From: Gnetum montanum
Lineage: Eukaryota > Plantae > Gnetophyta
DNA: 64,000 nt
NCBI GenBank assembly: GCA_015680685.1
Contig: MNCI01003179.1
Span: 89,547-153,546, forward strand
Reading direction: 5' to 3'
The notes under the pieces are model-generated. The model did no database searches. It was not told where the DNA came from and worked only from the letters and a program-made list of their open reading frames with translations. This document shows, piece by piece, positions 38,754 to 52,492 of this stretch (position 1 is its first letter; each line of letters begins with the position of its first letter). A program made the position numbers and the translations under genes.

Positions 38754-41274
38754 AAAATTTTTGAATTACAAATTATGAAATTAGCTTATTGAATGTTATT
38801 TTTGTGAGTCGATCATACAAAACTTGATCATGGCCATAGTTCATGTCACCATGCAGGCTTCTCTGAAGCCTTTCCCTGTTGGTATTTTGAAAGCATCAAG
38901 CTAATTGGATAAAAGTGTAAGCTAATAACTACAAAAGTAGGAATAATAGCACTAGAGTGTTGCTGATCACGAGGGGAATCATGTTGTAAGAGTCCTACCT
39001 ATACTTCCGATCCTTCCCCCCTTTGCAGAGCTCCCAGTAGATAACCTATGGACAACGCTAGCTACTTCTCAAGAATAGGTCCCATATCATTCTCCATTTT
39101 AGCTGGTCAATTACCGACTTCTAAGTTAGCTGAGGAATTAGCAAATATAGGATCCATACTAGATCTAACCAACTACCCACCCAATTAGGATTTCTTTGCA
39201 AGTTTAAGGCATATTCCACTTGAGTTCTCCCCCCAAAGTGATCAATTAGTTCATGAAAGGACAACATTGTGACAAAAGTAGTACGCTATCAATAATATCT
39301 TACAACCAACCATTATTTCATTTTTTTAGTGTACTTTGATTTCTAGACACTTTTCCTCTAAGGTGTCCAAATAATGAACATAGCAATGCTTAATGCAATT
39401 CAAATTCACAATCATTGGCAATGATTTAAAAAGGAGCTTTGAGGAAAGATTAAACCTTAAACCCAAGCGATGTTTAATTACATTTGCATTAGCAATATCA
39501 ATAATTATATAAAACAAGCAATCATATAAAATAAAAATGCCTATAATGTTAAGTAATTCTTAACTTCATTGTGAGATCTATCTTGAATGTTTACAACGTA
39601 TAATGAATTTAAAGGACAATATTTATTATCCTCACCAAGTTATGCTTGCCTAGGTTTTACAACTCGATACATTTATTTTCACCATTTTGTTGCTATCTAC
39701 CATCTTCAACTTTATCTCATGTCAATAGACACTTTAGTTCTATATTATATAGCAAAATGTAAATGCTACAAGTTTTAAAAACATCATTACAAAAATCACA
39801 ATGTTCTTGATAAAATTTAAAACAAACTAAATAAATTTTATACCTGTACCATCCTAATGTCTAATGTGCTCATCTTTAACCATATCAACGAAACTTCTAA
39901 ATAAGCATATCCATTTTTCCCAATGAAACTAATTAGATAACATTCATGCTCTACTAATTGTGCATGATACTTGGAAGAAAGGGTCACCTAATCTTATCAC
40001 CTTTAACAAAATCAATCAAATTTCTAAATCCCATTCATTTTTTACAAAGAAGCTAATTAAATCCCATTCATACTCTACTAATTGTGCATATTACTAGTCA
40101 AATTTGCGATTTTTTTCTCACATCTCCTGGAAAAAAGATCATCACCTCAATGTTCATACTGCCAAACAAATCCTAAGATTGACACATAAAAGTTCTAATT
40201 GTCTTTTACATAGCTACACCCACGCTTTAACTCAAATCGCATGACGAGAAACACGCACTTAAAACATTTCTTTAAATGATGACCCTCATCTTTATAAATG
40301 ATGACCCCCATCTTTATACATGATGAGCCCACTATTTATGTGAAAGAAGCTCGTAAATTTAAATATCTAAAACACATGAAGTTGAAACTCATAACTACTT
40401 AACTGTATGCACCACTATAACATACAGCTAAGACTATACCAGGAATACAAAGGGTAGTGTATTTGCCGTCCAAACCAGCCTCCTCTCCCCTCGAATGGGT
40501 ATCCAGAAATGACTTCCGCCTTGGTATTCTGTACTCGTATTCTGTTAAAAAAACATTAAAAAACCATTTGATATTTAAAAAATTTGATAAGACGGCTACG
40601 TCGTTTGGATGCCAGAATACACCAAAGCTATAATAGAACAGACAATCTAACTATGGTATGTTAACCGCTTAACACGGACCGATAGAAACCAGCCAAATAA
40701 ACAAAAAGTTGCAACGTAGTAGCAACACCACATGTTTGTTACTACGAATAACCATGGTTGAACACACTACAAGAAGTTTCATTACCATTGAAAAGGATAA
40801 AAGTTTCATTATTGTTAAAAAATGATATAATCCTTGCAGCTAAATTGCAATAATAGTTATGATGCCTCTTTCGTGCACTTTAACTTCTTTCAACTTGTCG
40901 TAAACTGTTCAGTGGCATTTCTTCAAGGACCGTCTTGGCATCGTAAAGTAGCAAGAAACCACTCCCGGAAATTTTAATCCAGCTCTTGTAATATCTATAA
41001 ATACAATAATACAATATACTTCGCTGGGAAATTTTACAATATAATTATCCCATGTTCACTTGATGATCAAGTTTAACAGCTATAATACTGCAGAGACTGA
41101 CAATTCATATCAAGCAGGCAACAAAATCAAAGCGACTTTGATTTCTTCGCCGCCGATCCGTTCTAATACAACACTGAAAACTGATACAAATCCTAAGAAT
41201 AGTCTTCAAATGGACTTATTAACTAACTTGTTAGTTCATAAATCACATTTTCTATATTACATTATTATTTGATA

Positions 41275-44200
41275 TCAATAATCAAACGATTGACCAGATG
41301 TAATTGCATCATATATATTCCGGGAATCTTGTCTTGTCACACACTCTTCTGAGCTGCTACTTGTCTGGCGGTGCATGGGCATTGAATTGAGCAATTCCAT
41401 ACCCTCCTGGGTCATTTGCATCACTTCCGGCGGAGAGAGGATTTTGATACAGTGCACTGTACTCACAAATTCGCTGATGGAAACATATTATAATTAGAAG
41501 CGTGTTCATCATAGCCAAGTAGAAACATAATCAAAACCCAGAAAAAAAAGGCATCCACACAACACAACAACAAAAAGCAATATAAAAGAAATGAGCAAGT
41601 TTTGGGTCTTTACTCCCAAGGGTCATCTCCCAAGAGCAGTACATCATGCTCCTTATCAACAAATACAAGCTGCCAGCCTGATCGAGGATCCTCCAACTGG
41701 CCTTCCAAGTTGAACATGCGGGCAAGCTCACAGCGCAGCTCAGGATAGCCAGTGAAGCGTGTAACATCAAGGGACCTTCCAATGGAACCCAGCTTGTAAA
41801 CCTGAAAGTTAAAGCAAATTTACTATACACAAGTTTCATTTCTAATGAATTCAGCTAAATGAAGAACACATACTCACCTTTGTAAAGGTTCTTGTGGGTG
41901 GATTCGCTTGCGAAATAATTGCCGTCTGTTGCGACATCCCACCGCTTTCATCTATGGGTCCACAAGAGACTTAGATCCAAAACACTAAGCATCTATAACA
42001 GATCTGAATGAACATGACTTTCAAGGGAAAGTATAAATACAGCAACCAACATTTGAATTAACCCACTGGAAAAGCAAGATCTGTCTCATGAAATTTAACT
42101 TGCAATAAAATTAAAACAGGCCTCTAATCACTCACCTATAGATTGTGTCTGTGATACAATACACTGACTTGCAGACGGAATAGGAACATCAATTTGTGCA
42201 TTAGGTGAAGACATGAATTGATTATTTGACATATCAGAGGCCATGTACCAAGATCCTGAGGATGTTTGCCCCTCTTGGCAAGGAACAGATGCCATACTTT
42301 TTTGTTGTTGCTGAACAGGAGACTGACTAATCCTCCCTAAGTTTTGGCAGGGCACATTATCAGATGAAGCCAATGAATGTAGAATAGCTTGAAGTGGTGA
42401 CGATGCAGATGATGCTACGGATGGTGCAAGGCTTGTATTTTGAGTTGGTAAAGGGAGTTGTGTCAACATGGTGTTTGACAGACTTGTTGATGATTGAGTT
42501 AAAGGCACAGAAGAGGTTGATAATAAACCACTTGCAACCTGTGGCATCTTATTTGCTGGCTGCTGACAATTCAGCTGCTGGGAAATTATCTGTGGATTGG
42601 TGACAGACTGCTGCAACTGTTGCAATACCTTTGTCTGTGACGATTGTTGCAGCTGATTCTGCAGAATATTGTTAGGTAACTGTTGCTGTTGCTGCTGGAT
42701 GCCCTGCGGATTCGGTACCTTTTGATGTGGCTGTTGCAAGTAAGCGTTCAAGGCCTGCTGTTGTCGAGATTGTGAAGATGGCTGTTGCTGCTGTAAGCTC
42801 TGCAATTGCTGCTGAACCACAGGTTGCTGAGCTTGCTGCTGTTGCTGGAAAACTTGCCTCGGAAGAGGTGGCTGGGGAACAAGACCATGAAGCTGTTGAG
42901 CTGGAAAAGATGACTGTGTCTGAAACTGCAGAACGTTTTTAGGCTGGCCTATGGTTCTCGCATCCAGAAGAGATCCTGCAGCTACTGTTTGATAAATATC
43001 TGGATTGGCTCCTGTAAGGGGATCATATTTTTGCTGCATGTGCATCCAAGGATCGACTCCACCTTGGGAATTCAATCCTTGGAAAACTCTATCTCCATTT
43101 TCTCCACCCATCCAAAGCCATGGTTTTTTAAAAGGACTATCTCCGTCTTTCATGCCTGTCATGAGATACATAGGATTAATAAAATTGAATTCACAACCAA
43201 ATTATCAACCAAGATGACATTAAACAGAACTCCCGTTGAACTTTGAAGACGTCAGTCTAGGCCATCAGTAATCGCAGACAGCTTAACCTAAAACGTGAGA
43301 TATTTGAATCAAATGATATTGTTTTATTCTTAGAAGAAAAAATGCAGTTGTCAGAGATGTATTTTTCACTTCTGCCAAGATACTTTACCCTAAACATTCT
43401 TTTCTAATTAAAAATTCATGAAATTGATCAATGATAAAAGTATTATTATATATGCATCTTATGATATAGTAGCCCTCTTACCGGGAAAGGATGTGAATCC
43501 TTGGATTTGTTGTACCCAAGGTCGCTTCAGGTTTAATGAGTATGGAGGTGGATACATCAAAAATGTTGTCAGAGGCTCAATTTCCCACAAAGATACTCGA
43601 GGTTGCCTTTCACCAGCAGTAGATTCATCCCAGCCAACCTGCATGATTTTACATGACTCACAGGAACAATAGCAGTTTTGATTAAAACTCTAATTGAAAT
43701 CAATCATCTAAAATCTGTAACATAGAAACACAAGATTTGTCTGTATACATGAAGCGTGTAACGATACTCTGTTACCCTTGTACGATAGCCAAAAAATTTT
43801 ATTTTACTATCACAGTAATAAAACATACCAATATCCACCTTCTGTCCAAATCAAACACACAAGCTAATGATTACAGGCTTGAAGACCAGTGAAAAGCATC
43901 ATCCCATTGCTTTAAAAGCAATGCTTTAGCCCTAATCATCTAGAAAATCAACTGATGGGAACTTCGGTAGAAGGCTAAGGATTGCAACCCTGCCTAGGAA
44001 TTTAGAAGCAAGAGGCCTTGCTGGATTTTGTTGCCCATGTGCGAATCATGACAGCGAGTTTTAAGGTTAAAAAAGGCAAAAGCTTGGAAGAAACTGACAA
44101 CCCATAATACCCTTGGTCTTCAGAAGACTACAAAGGCACCCTGAAGTCCGGTCAAAGCATACAAGTGATGAAACATTCCCAGCCTTAAGTCATTATCTCA

Positions 44201-47200
44201 AAGGAAGACCAATCTGAATTATGGACAAAATCTCACTGATGCAAAACTAAATCACTGAACAATTGTGCTGTCCTGCTTAATTCAATCTAGTACAGATTAC
44301 ATATGTTTGGGTTATCAATATATCATAATGCAGACGTTTGGGCTATGTTTGGGTGCGTCTTCAGGATCGCAAGAGGCCATTCTGACGAGTAAAGTACCGT
44401 TTCTCACAAAGGGAGGATAATCCAATTACTAGATCAGATGGAATGGATATGGAAGTAACACTCTGTGTGGAAGCAACGACTGATTATACTAAACTCAGGT
44501 TTGTCCATGAATCCCTGAGCATAGAGATATCTAAGTCTAATATCAAAATCAGCAACTCAAACATAAAAACGAAGTTATTAAAAAAGCTTCTCAAAACTAA
44601 ACAAGGTTCAGAAATTCAACATTGATGTAGAAGTAACAACGACTGATGTCAATTCAGCCAAGATCTCAAAATTATGTAGATATTTGAAAACATATGAAAG
44701 CAGAATTGAGAAAAATATATAGAGACTGAAAGTAGATATGGAATAGTGTCTCTCCAAGACAGTGAGTAACCTACTCTCCTGTATATAAGACTGGAAGAAA
44801 AGAGCTGCAGACCTTACACAAAAAATGAGGAGTCAATATCAAAAGAGTGCAAGTCATTTACGGGGCAGAACATTTATTAGGGTGTCCTAAACATGTGTAA
44901 GATCAATCTCAATGTCCAACAAATTAGCCTTAATTGCATAGCAGATTAGCCGGACTCTGAGCAGCAACACCAACAAGAGAGAATCAGCAAAAGAAGCCTC
45001 CTTTCCAGGTGCCATTCAAATCCAATTTATTGATTCGTGAATTGTCTCTTAACTAGATGAATTTGCTTGTACAGAACTGCCATTCTGTCATTTGGAATCG
45101 TGTTCCAGATGCCCTGCCACCATGAGAAAGTTATTTTCCACTCACTCGAAAAGAAGCCACTGGATTAATTCAGAAATTCGTTGAATGAAGGGGAATGATG
45201 TTGTTCAAGTATTAACCAATCTCGAGATTTTCAGATTAATCCAAGGATACGTAACATGAACAAACAACTTGATGATTCTTACATGAATTGCCAATTGAAG
45301 AAAAAAATAATCCTTCAAATCAAAACATTTATAACATAGGATGACCGAATGGAGAAAATGAAAGTGTAGTGAAAGAGATATTGAACAATAAGTACAGAAC
45401 ACTACTTTCGGAAAAGACACAAGTAAATGGAATAATGGATTAAAGAATTCGGCCAATAGGAGGATAAATTATAAGGCAACAGGAAAAAGAGTTTCAGAGC
45501 CAAAGAAGACCAAGCAAATAAGCCTTGGAAATTCCAAGACGGTAACGATTACGAAGATGATGAGCAAAAAGACCATAAAATTGGTAAGCAGCACAAGAAT
45601 TGAAATCCAAACGAAAAGTTAAACGTGACGTCATATCATAGAAATCATCCATATAGACTATGAGACATTATGTAGAAGAAAAAGGGTATTCTTGCAAAAC
45701 AAAGAATTGTTTGAAGCATGACGTTGTAAGTCAAGATTACATAAGTTCATCGGACTAGACAATAGACTGAAATATACTCAACTGATGGAAACAATTATTC
45801 TGATTGTATGGTAATAATTAGAAGGATTGTTATTTATCATCAGCATCACGATTGCCATTATTCCAACAACATGGGCTAATCCGTTCGGGTACGCAGGTAA
45901 TATGACAATGATTTGATAATAATTACATGAATTGGTCATAAGACACTGGACACTTCGCTGGTAGCAAACGCTAACACAAAACTGGATTCTTCTGGAAAAT
46001 ATTTTGTGAAGTTCAATTAAACACCTTCATATTGAGACATTGGTTATGTTCTATCATTATTTTAGAATTACGTAATGTAAAATAGATCTAGTTATTCAAC
46101 ATTACCACATTTATCAAAGAAATTGGACAGATGAAATGTGAAAGTTAAATCAAACTAAAAGTGTCACTTGAAATGATGAAAGAGACATTCATTCCTAAGA
46201 GAGTAAATGAATCGACCATGTATGAGGGAATAAGTACATCATATATCAGAAGACGTCTGAGAGGGTGCAGCTTTTGTTTCACTGGTCCAATAAACAAAGT
46301 CACTGTATCCAAGCCACAATCAAATCTAATGAAGTAGCAGCAGATCAGTCATTTTTCTCGAATCTCCCAAGTTATTCTGCATCCTTTATGCATTTTTTAT
46401 CAATTCTATCTTTGATTTATTTTCATAGGTTTGTAAATATTAAGATTCTAATTTCATAAGTGGGGCCGATTGATGAGATGTAGCTTGTTGGTAAGAGTTT
46501 TGACTTGCATTATATAAGTCACAGGTTCAATCTCAACAAGTTGCACTGAGATACAGAGGAATTGTCAAAAGAAACCACAGAAAGAGAATCCTAAGCAATA
46601 GATCTTTAAACTATCCACATCCGCATAATGAATCAGCTCAGTTCAAGTTCAATATTGAAACAGTTGATTTTCTACTATAAACACGTTATACTCTTGGGTC
46701 TCTTTTAAAATTATTACCCTAAATCTAGAAGAAACCATTCAAACACACAACATAACGCATGAAAAAAACAAATGTTTAATACTGTCCACTTAAATTGCTA
46801 GGGATAGACACTGCCTAGAAGCTTAGAACGGAAGGAAGCGACAATCAATTTCTTTCAACCACTGCTCTACGCTGTAAGTTAAAAAAAGTTGTTACACAAC
46901 AAGAAAAAGTATCAATTAAAAATGTTTCTTGTAGCTATCATTACAGGCAAAACCATGGATCAGATGATTTTGAAATTAGACCACTAAGTGTAATTACATG
47001 AAGTGAATCTGTACGGCAATCAAAGAAATTAAGATACCAAACATACACTCTGTTTTTGAATAAGTAAAACGACAATTTATTAACAATAAAAATTTGGAGT
47101 ACAACCAGAAATTACTTGGGAACCTGAAGATCAACCAAGCTCATCATAATCAAGAATCTACCAAACACGTTCAAGAACTTCATTTAACTTTGCAAACACT

Positions 47201-50200
47201 AAACTGTATGAATAAAAACTATATAAAAGCTCAGATACAAGAAAGAACCTTTAATGATCGCCATTGAGAACCTGGCCACCTAATCGGATCCAAATCTCCT
47301 ATCCCTGTTACCGTTCCCATATACCTGAAAAGCAAGTTTTGAACGTCTCAGCTTTGTTATTCATTTAAAAATTCTTTAATATCACAAAGCAATAAAGTGG
47401 GTCAACATCTAATTTCGAGTGCTACATCCAACAAAGTAATAAAATAAAGTAACAAATAGTTTACATTCCCGTAATGGAACACATGCCTTCGAATATTTTA
47501 TACACATAAATTACTGCATTTTGTGGAGAACTAAAAAGAAAAGAGCCCGCAATCACAGTCAAATTAAAATCTTAAGAAATACATGTCGTTTAAACATATA
47601 AAATGCCTCCTGCACTGAAATAGCTATCTCAATCATGCTTTAATTGAAATTTATTTTTCTGGAAAAGAATCAGAATTCCAGCCGACATCCTCTGCCGGAA
47701 CTCATATTTTGATGAAATGATTTGTCAACTCCAGATCCATGCAGAACATCATGCAGTTGGTCATAACGTTTGTAAAACACTAATTTAAACCGAGGCATGC
47801 CAAAAGAAGGAATAAACCATTCCAGCATAGCCCTAGAACTGTTCCATTGTTTCCATTGTTCCAGTACCACCTAGAGTATACTTTTTAAAAAAATTACAAA
47901 CCAAACAGTGTGAACACTCATTTTCTTTTCAAAGCAGCAATTTTATGATGATCATGCAAATAAATCTTGTAACATCAAAGATACCTTCGAATGCTAGACT
48001 CCTCAGTCTCAAAGAGCATGCGAAATCGCATTCCTACAGACACCCGGGTATGATATGCTGCTTTCTCGTACTTAGCAAGGGGTATGACAAATTCTGATGG
48101 ACTTGCCCTGTACACGGTTTCAGAGGTGCAACATGAATAGAAAGAACTAAAGATTTATCTCTTAAGTAACTTGTGTAAGATTTCAACCTTGGATTGTAAA
48201 AAATATTGAATGGACTATTTGTAGCAGCAGCATGTGCAGCAGCAGCAAGAACTCCAATATGCATGCTATCACTTGACAAAACAGAGGATGGCATGACAGT
48301 AGGCGACTTGTTTGCCCTTCTAATTCCTAACAGTAGTTGGCCACTGTCATTTCTGTAATGTGAGTGAAAAATTAAATCAATATCTGTACTTAGTCTCAGT
48401 TTAAAACAAAATCAACATTCCAACCACTTCGCAATTCTGCACCTAATAAATAGAACAGAATCACCAGCAACAAGCCTCTTGGCACTAACAAATACACTCC
48501 ATCCAGTTGTCAACAAATGCCGCTTAGGTTGGCCTGAACAACAAGGTGGTAAGAAGTGTGAAATACCGAGGTAATTGCGCTGTTTTGAAAGTGGCATGCA
48601 AACTATATATGAAACTGAAACCATATATAACCAAATAATACAGATACGTGCAGAAGTATTGCATGCAGAAAGACCAAGTGAAAGGACTCCTTTGAAGCAA
48701 AAGCTCCATAGAACCCTCTGACTGTATCATACCATCTAAACCGGTACCTTGTAAGAGATATCCCACTAAAATTCAACTCACAAGCGTACAAATTATATCA
48801 TCCGCGTTACTAAAATGAACCAATGCAGATGTAAGGAACTAAAATATGCCATCCATTACTACCCCTTGTTTAGGGAGGTCCCATGGTCCAGAGACATGAT
48901 TGAATTTCACTAAAAATAATTCAAATATTCGTTTAGGAACTTAACACTTGAGTATAAAACAGCATTCATGCATGACAAACCTATCTGGAACAAAATATTT
49001 ATGATCGAACATCAAACCCTTGCAGTATCTCTAATTCCGTATTCTTAATGCAAATACATAGATACGGCCAAAAATTATATGGAATAGCATGTTTTTAATG
49101 ATATGATTATTATAATTCTTCGCAATAAAACATCCAAGAAAACTTTTAACAGACCCCTGTATATATGTCGAAACTTCCATTCGGTATCATGCAGATCCCT
49201 TGAAATGATTTCTTGGGCAGGTGGCTGCTGAGTAAAATCCTTTGTAACACAAACATGTAGAAAGATTCAGATCACTCAAAAACAAAGCAAATGCAACCAT
49301 ATTTTTATGGACAATCAAAAAAAATTTTGAAAAACAAAAATCACGATTTCTCACTAACAAGAAGTGGAAACACTTTCTCCGCTGCCCGACGTGGAATAGA
49401 AAAACCTCCATGGGTGCTAGTGTCACTTGCTGTTAAAGTTTTGCAGAAGTAATTCAATGGCTGCTTACTAGGAGTTCCAAGATCAGGAACAAAACAAGAT
49501 GACTCCTTTTGTTCTTGCTGCATATGAATTCAGTTTGCATTAATCGTCGTGTAAATGCAATCGAAGCAAATATAAGTATCACATAGTCTAAGCTCAAAGT
49601 AAATACCGGGTTCAATGGTTGCAAAGTCATTTGCGCATATACTTCATCAGTTTCAACATCTGCCTGGTTCATGAAAATGAATAACATATTAACGTTATAA
49701 ATAAACTGAAGTAAAAGCTCAGAGAATTAACGCCAATTAAGTTCACAATACCAACAAATAATAAATAGCTTACAATCAATTTAATAAACCCACATAGCAA
49801 AACGATGTGTATTTTAAAACTTCCACGTACATGCATTGTAACATTGTGAAGGTGGCAAATCAACTGTGGAGGAAGATTTGGATAGTTAGGTATATGAGCA
49901 TCTATCTCTCTATTTGTTGAAGCAGCAACCTGAGAAACATGCAACACATAATTAAGATAGAAACTAACTTAAATAATGACTTTTAAGCCCTCTTTGTACA
50001 AGAGATTTGTATTTTGAAAAATAAAATATTAGCTTCATCCTTGAAAAGCAATTATCTGAACATGGATGAGTAACTCTACCTGCTCACTGTGACCTTGTGG
50101 AAAGTACACAACACGGCTGCCAACAGCAGGCAAGGACACAAGTGGCCCCGCGCACGCATGCCATAGTTCCGAATTAAGGCTTCTCCTCTCCACTGAAACA

Positions 50201-51754
50201 TTTAAAACTTACAGAATTCAATGAAACTATGCATTGAATTTGTCTCGTATCATACGGTCAACTTTCACTCCTGGGAAGACATTACGTGATATTTAATAAA
50301 TCCTATAAACATACGTTTCGAACCCGAAAATGTCAGAATAATAGCTTTACATAAATAATAGATTTTCTGTTTTCAGTAATCAGAAACAATTGTTTTGATG
50401 AAGAAGGTGACCATGCTCACAACTGAGATCCAGTATCGAGACTACACAAATGTTGGATTATCACTAACAAGGACCCCAGAGATTGGGCGTGCAGGCTATC
50501 AAAATGTCAGATCATCACTAACAAAGACTTCCGTTCGCCCAATTGTCCAAGTCTACTATGATTCAAAACGTCTTGCAACTAAATACTATTCAAGCTACGG
50601 GTGGTGTAATTATTTTGCATCTTAAACATGTGAATGGACAATGGACCTCCCTCTTTGCAGTCATCGGAGACACTAACAATCAATTTGATGAATAATGTTA
50701 CAATCCATTTCAAAAGCTACAAAGTCAATACAGTGACCAGCTTGCCACCCAAGACATTCATTGTCCATGGCATCAGATTGTCACCAACAATGGATAACAC
50801 AGAATGTCCAAGCACCAGATTTTCTCTCAAAAGTTCCCAGAAAAACAAAAGTCTGGCAACAACCATGACCAAGACAACAGATAAAAGTCAAGACAACTAA
50901 AATAACTCTCATAATCCTGCACAATCAACAAATACTGTAACATATAGAAAGAATAATCACAAGAACATGTTGGTTATGGAGTTGTCTATTCTCCTCAATC
51001 AGAAAATTCGGAGCCATGTCACTAAGTTTCAAAATGATGCACCAGTTACCCGCGTTGGACCCTAATACCCTGGATATCGAGGAATGTGAATGATACAGTA
51101 ACATTTTAAAAGCATAGTTGATGCTTAAAGTACCATTTTAATTCCGATAAAAAAATTAAATCATTTTATTAACTGCGTCATGACAACAATGTTAGCTTTT
51201 TAGAACAGCTTAAAAAACCAAATCAGAACAAGAAGCTCGATGTTATTGGCTGCTTCGTTAAATGAAAAGCTGCTGTTCGAATTTTAGACATAATTTCTCA
51301 AACTAATGATTAGCAAAACAGACTTTGGAATTGCAATGTAACAAAAGCATAGCTGTGTGACCACCGAAACGCATCGGTGAAAATCGTGATTTTGAGAAGG
51401 TCATCCTAAACTTTACAACCGAAATTATTACTTGCACCAGTGTCCTAATAAACGGTTATTTTAGCACACAAACAGAGCAGCTTTTAACTGTGTTTACTGA
51501 TGCAGAGATGAAGAGATCTTTTAAGGCTTCGGAATCGGCGCTCAAAACAGACAGGTCAAACCAAAGAAGGTCTACCATTGCAATTTCCAAAAGCCTTTAC
51601 TCACAGCATAATTCTGACGACCTGCAACTGCTCTTAGATTCGAGGCAACTTCGAATTAAAAGGACTACGAAGCTTGGTAAAAAAGCTCGACTGAAAAGGG
51701 AAAACGAAAAGCACCTTCAGCTGGCTGCGGAGGGGAGCCACCTGGGAGCCTCAT
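41275..51754 (-). CDS. ARF6/8: Auxin response factor, class A, ARF6/8-like (B3 DBD, ARF domain, Q-rich middle region, PB1), 15 exons, ~881-887 aa
   Basis: Exons (- strand, all GT-AG, phases consistent): 51715-51754, 50080-50192, 49831-49929, 49607-49663, 49359-49517, 49155-49239, 48443-48533, 48188-48352, 47985-48107, 47249-47324, 43482-43638, 42136-43155, 41878-41969 (or 41951), 41614-41801, 41275-41473. Motifs [106 protein letters not shown]. Confidence 0.95.
41665..41685 (-). promoter_or_regulatory. miR167 complementary site in the ARF PB1-coding exon
   Basis: mRNA sense TCGATCAGGCTGGCAGCTTGT; the last 19 nt are identical to the canonical ARF6/ARF8 miR167 site. Confidence 0.8.
46470..46546 (+). 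mobile_element. tRNA-derived SINE head (degenerate) in ARF intron 10
   Basis: A-box-like TAGCTTGTTGG and B-box-like GGTTCAATCTC at tRNA spacing. A similar inverted head lies at ~55015-55085. Confidence 0.4.
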
Positions 51755-52422
51755 TTTGAAACCAACGCGTTCCTGGACTCCCAAACCTCGCTACTTCGCC
51801 TGTTACCAGAACGAAACCGAAAACACATGCTACTGCTTTCGCAAAGACTTCCGCCAAGGGTTCACCGTCATTTTGCCGTACGAGAATTCTTCACAGCCCC
51901 TTTCTCAACTCCAAAACATCGGAATCCTGCACGGCGCCCTTTCTAAAGTCCAAAACATCGGCGGCGCTTTGCTCTAACTCAAAGCCTTCTTCAAATTGTA
52001 AGAGCTCAAGTCCAGAAGAAGAAGAAGCAGAAGCCGAAAACGGAACCGCACGAAGAAGAACATGATTATTTAGTGGCCGTGACACCAGAAAAGAAAGAAA
52101 CACACAAGAGCAAGCAAGCTTTTACTTGCTTAACGCTGGAAAACTCAAGCCGGTGGCGCCCTCCCGCGCTGCGTCTCTGCTGCGTCTTCCTCCACTTCCA
52201 TTGCTTCCATTACCAGCAACAACGGGCTGATTTTCAGAGCGTTTGACACAGGAACTGCACATACCTTGCCCTTGTGGTGGTGGTGGTGTGTTTTTTTCTC
52301 GTTTTTTCACAGTCTCCGCTTGTCGCTCGCAGGCGTTAAGCGCCTTTTTTTTACTTTGCCAGAGAGTGCCCTGCCTTTTCACGGAGTTGGTTGAATCCAG
52401 GGCAGGCCACGGCCATGGGCAT
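51751..52422 (-). promoter_or_regulatory. ARF 5' leader with at least 7 uORFs
   Basis: ATG-initiated short ORFs at 52351-52422, 52122-52262, 52145-52210, 51974-52063, 51905-51958, 51830-51871 and 51751-51828 (its stop overlaps the main ATG). The TSS is not known. Confidence 0.6.
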
Positions 52423-52440
52423 GAAAGTTAAGAAGAAGAT

Positions 52441-52492
52441 TGAATGGAAATGGAATGGAATGGAATGGAGTGGAGTGGAGTGGAGTGGGAGT
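52441..52492. repeat. (GGAAT)n/(GGAGT)n pentanucleotide microsatellite, pyrimidine patch on the ARF sense strand
   Basis: TGAATGGAAATGGAATGGAATGGAATGGAGTGGAGTGGAGTGGAGTGGGAGT immediately upstream of the first uORF. Confidence 0.8.

Noticed and set aside
40458-40620. Inverted repeats GTATTTGCCGTCCAAAC / GTTTGGATGCCAGAATAC
   Set aside because: MITE-like but outward-facing and imperfect, with no TSD; no element could be delimited.
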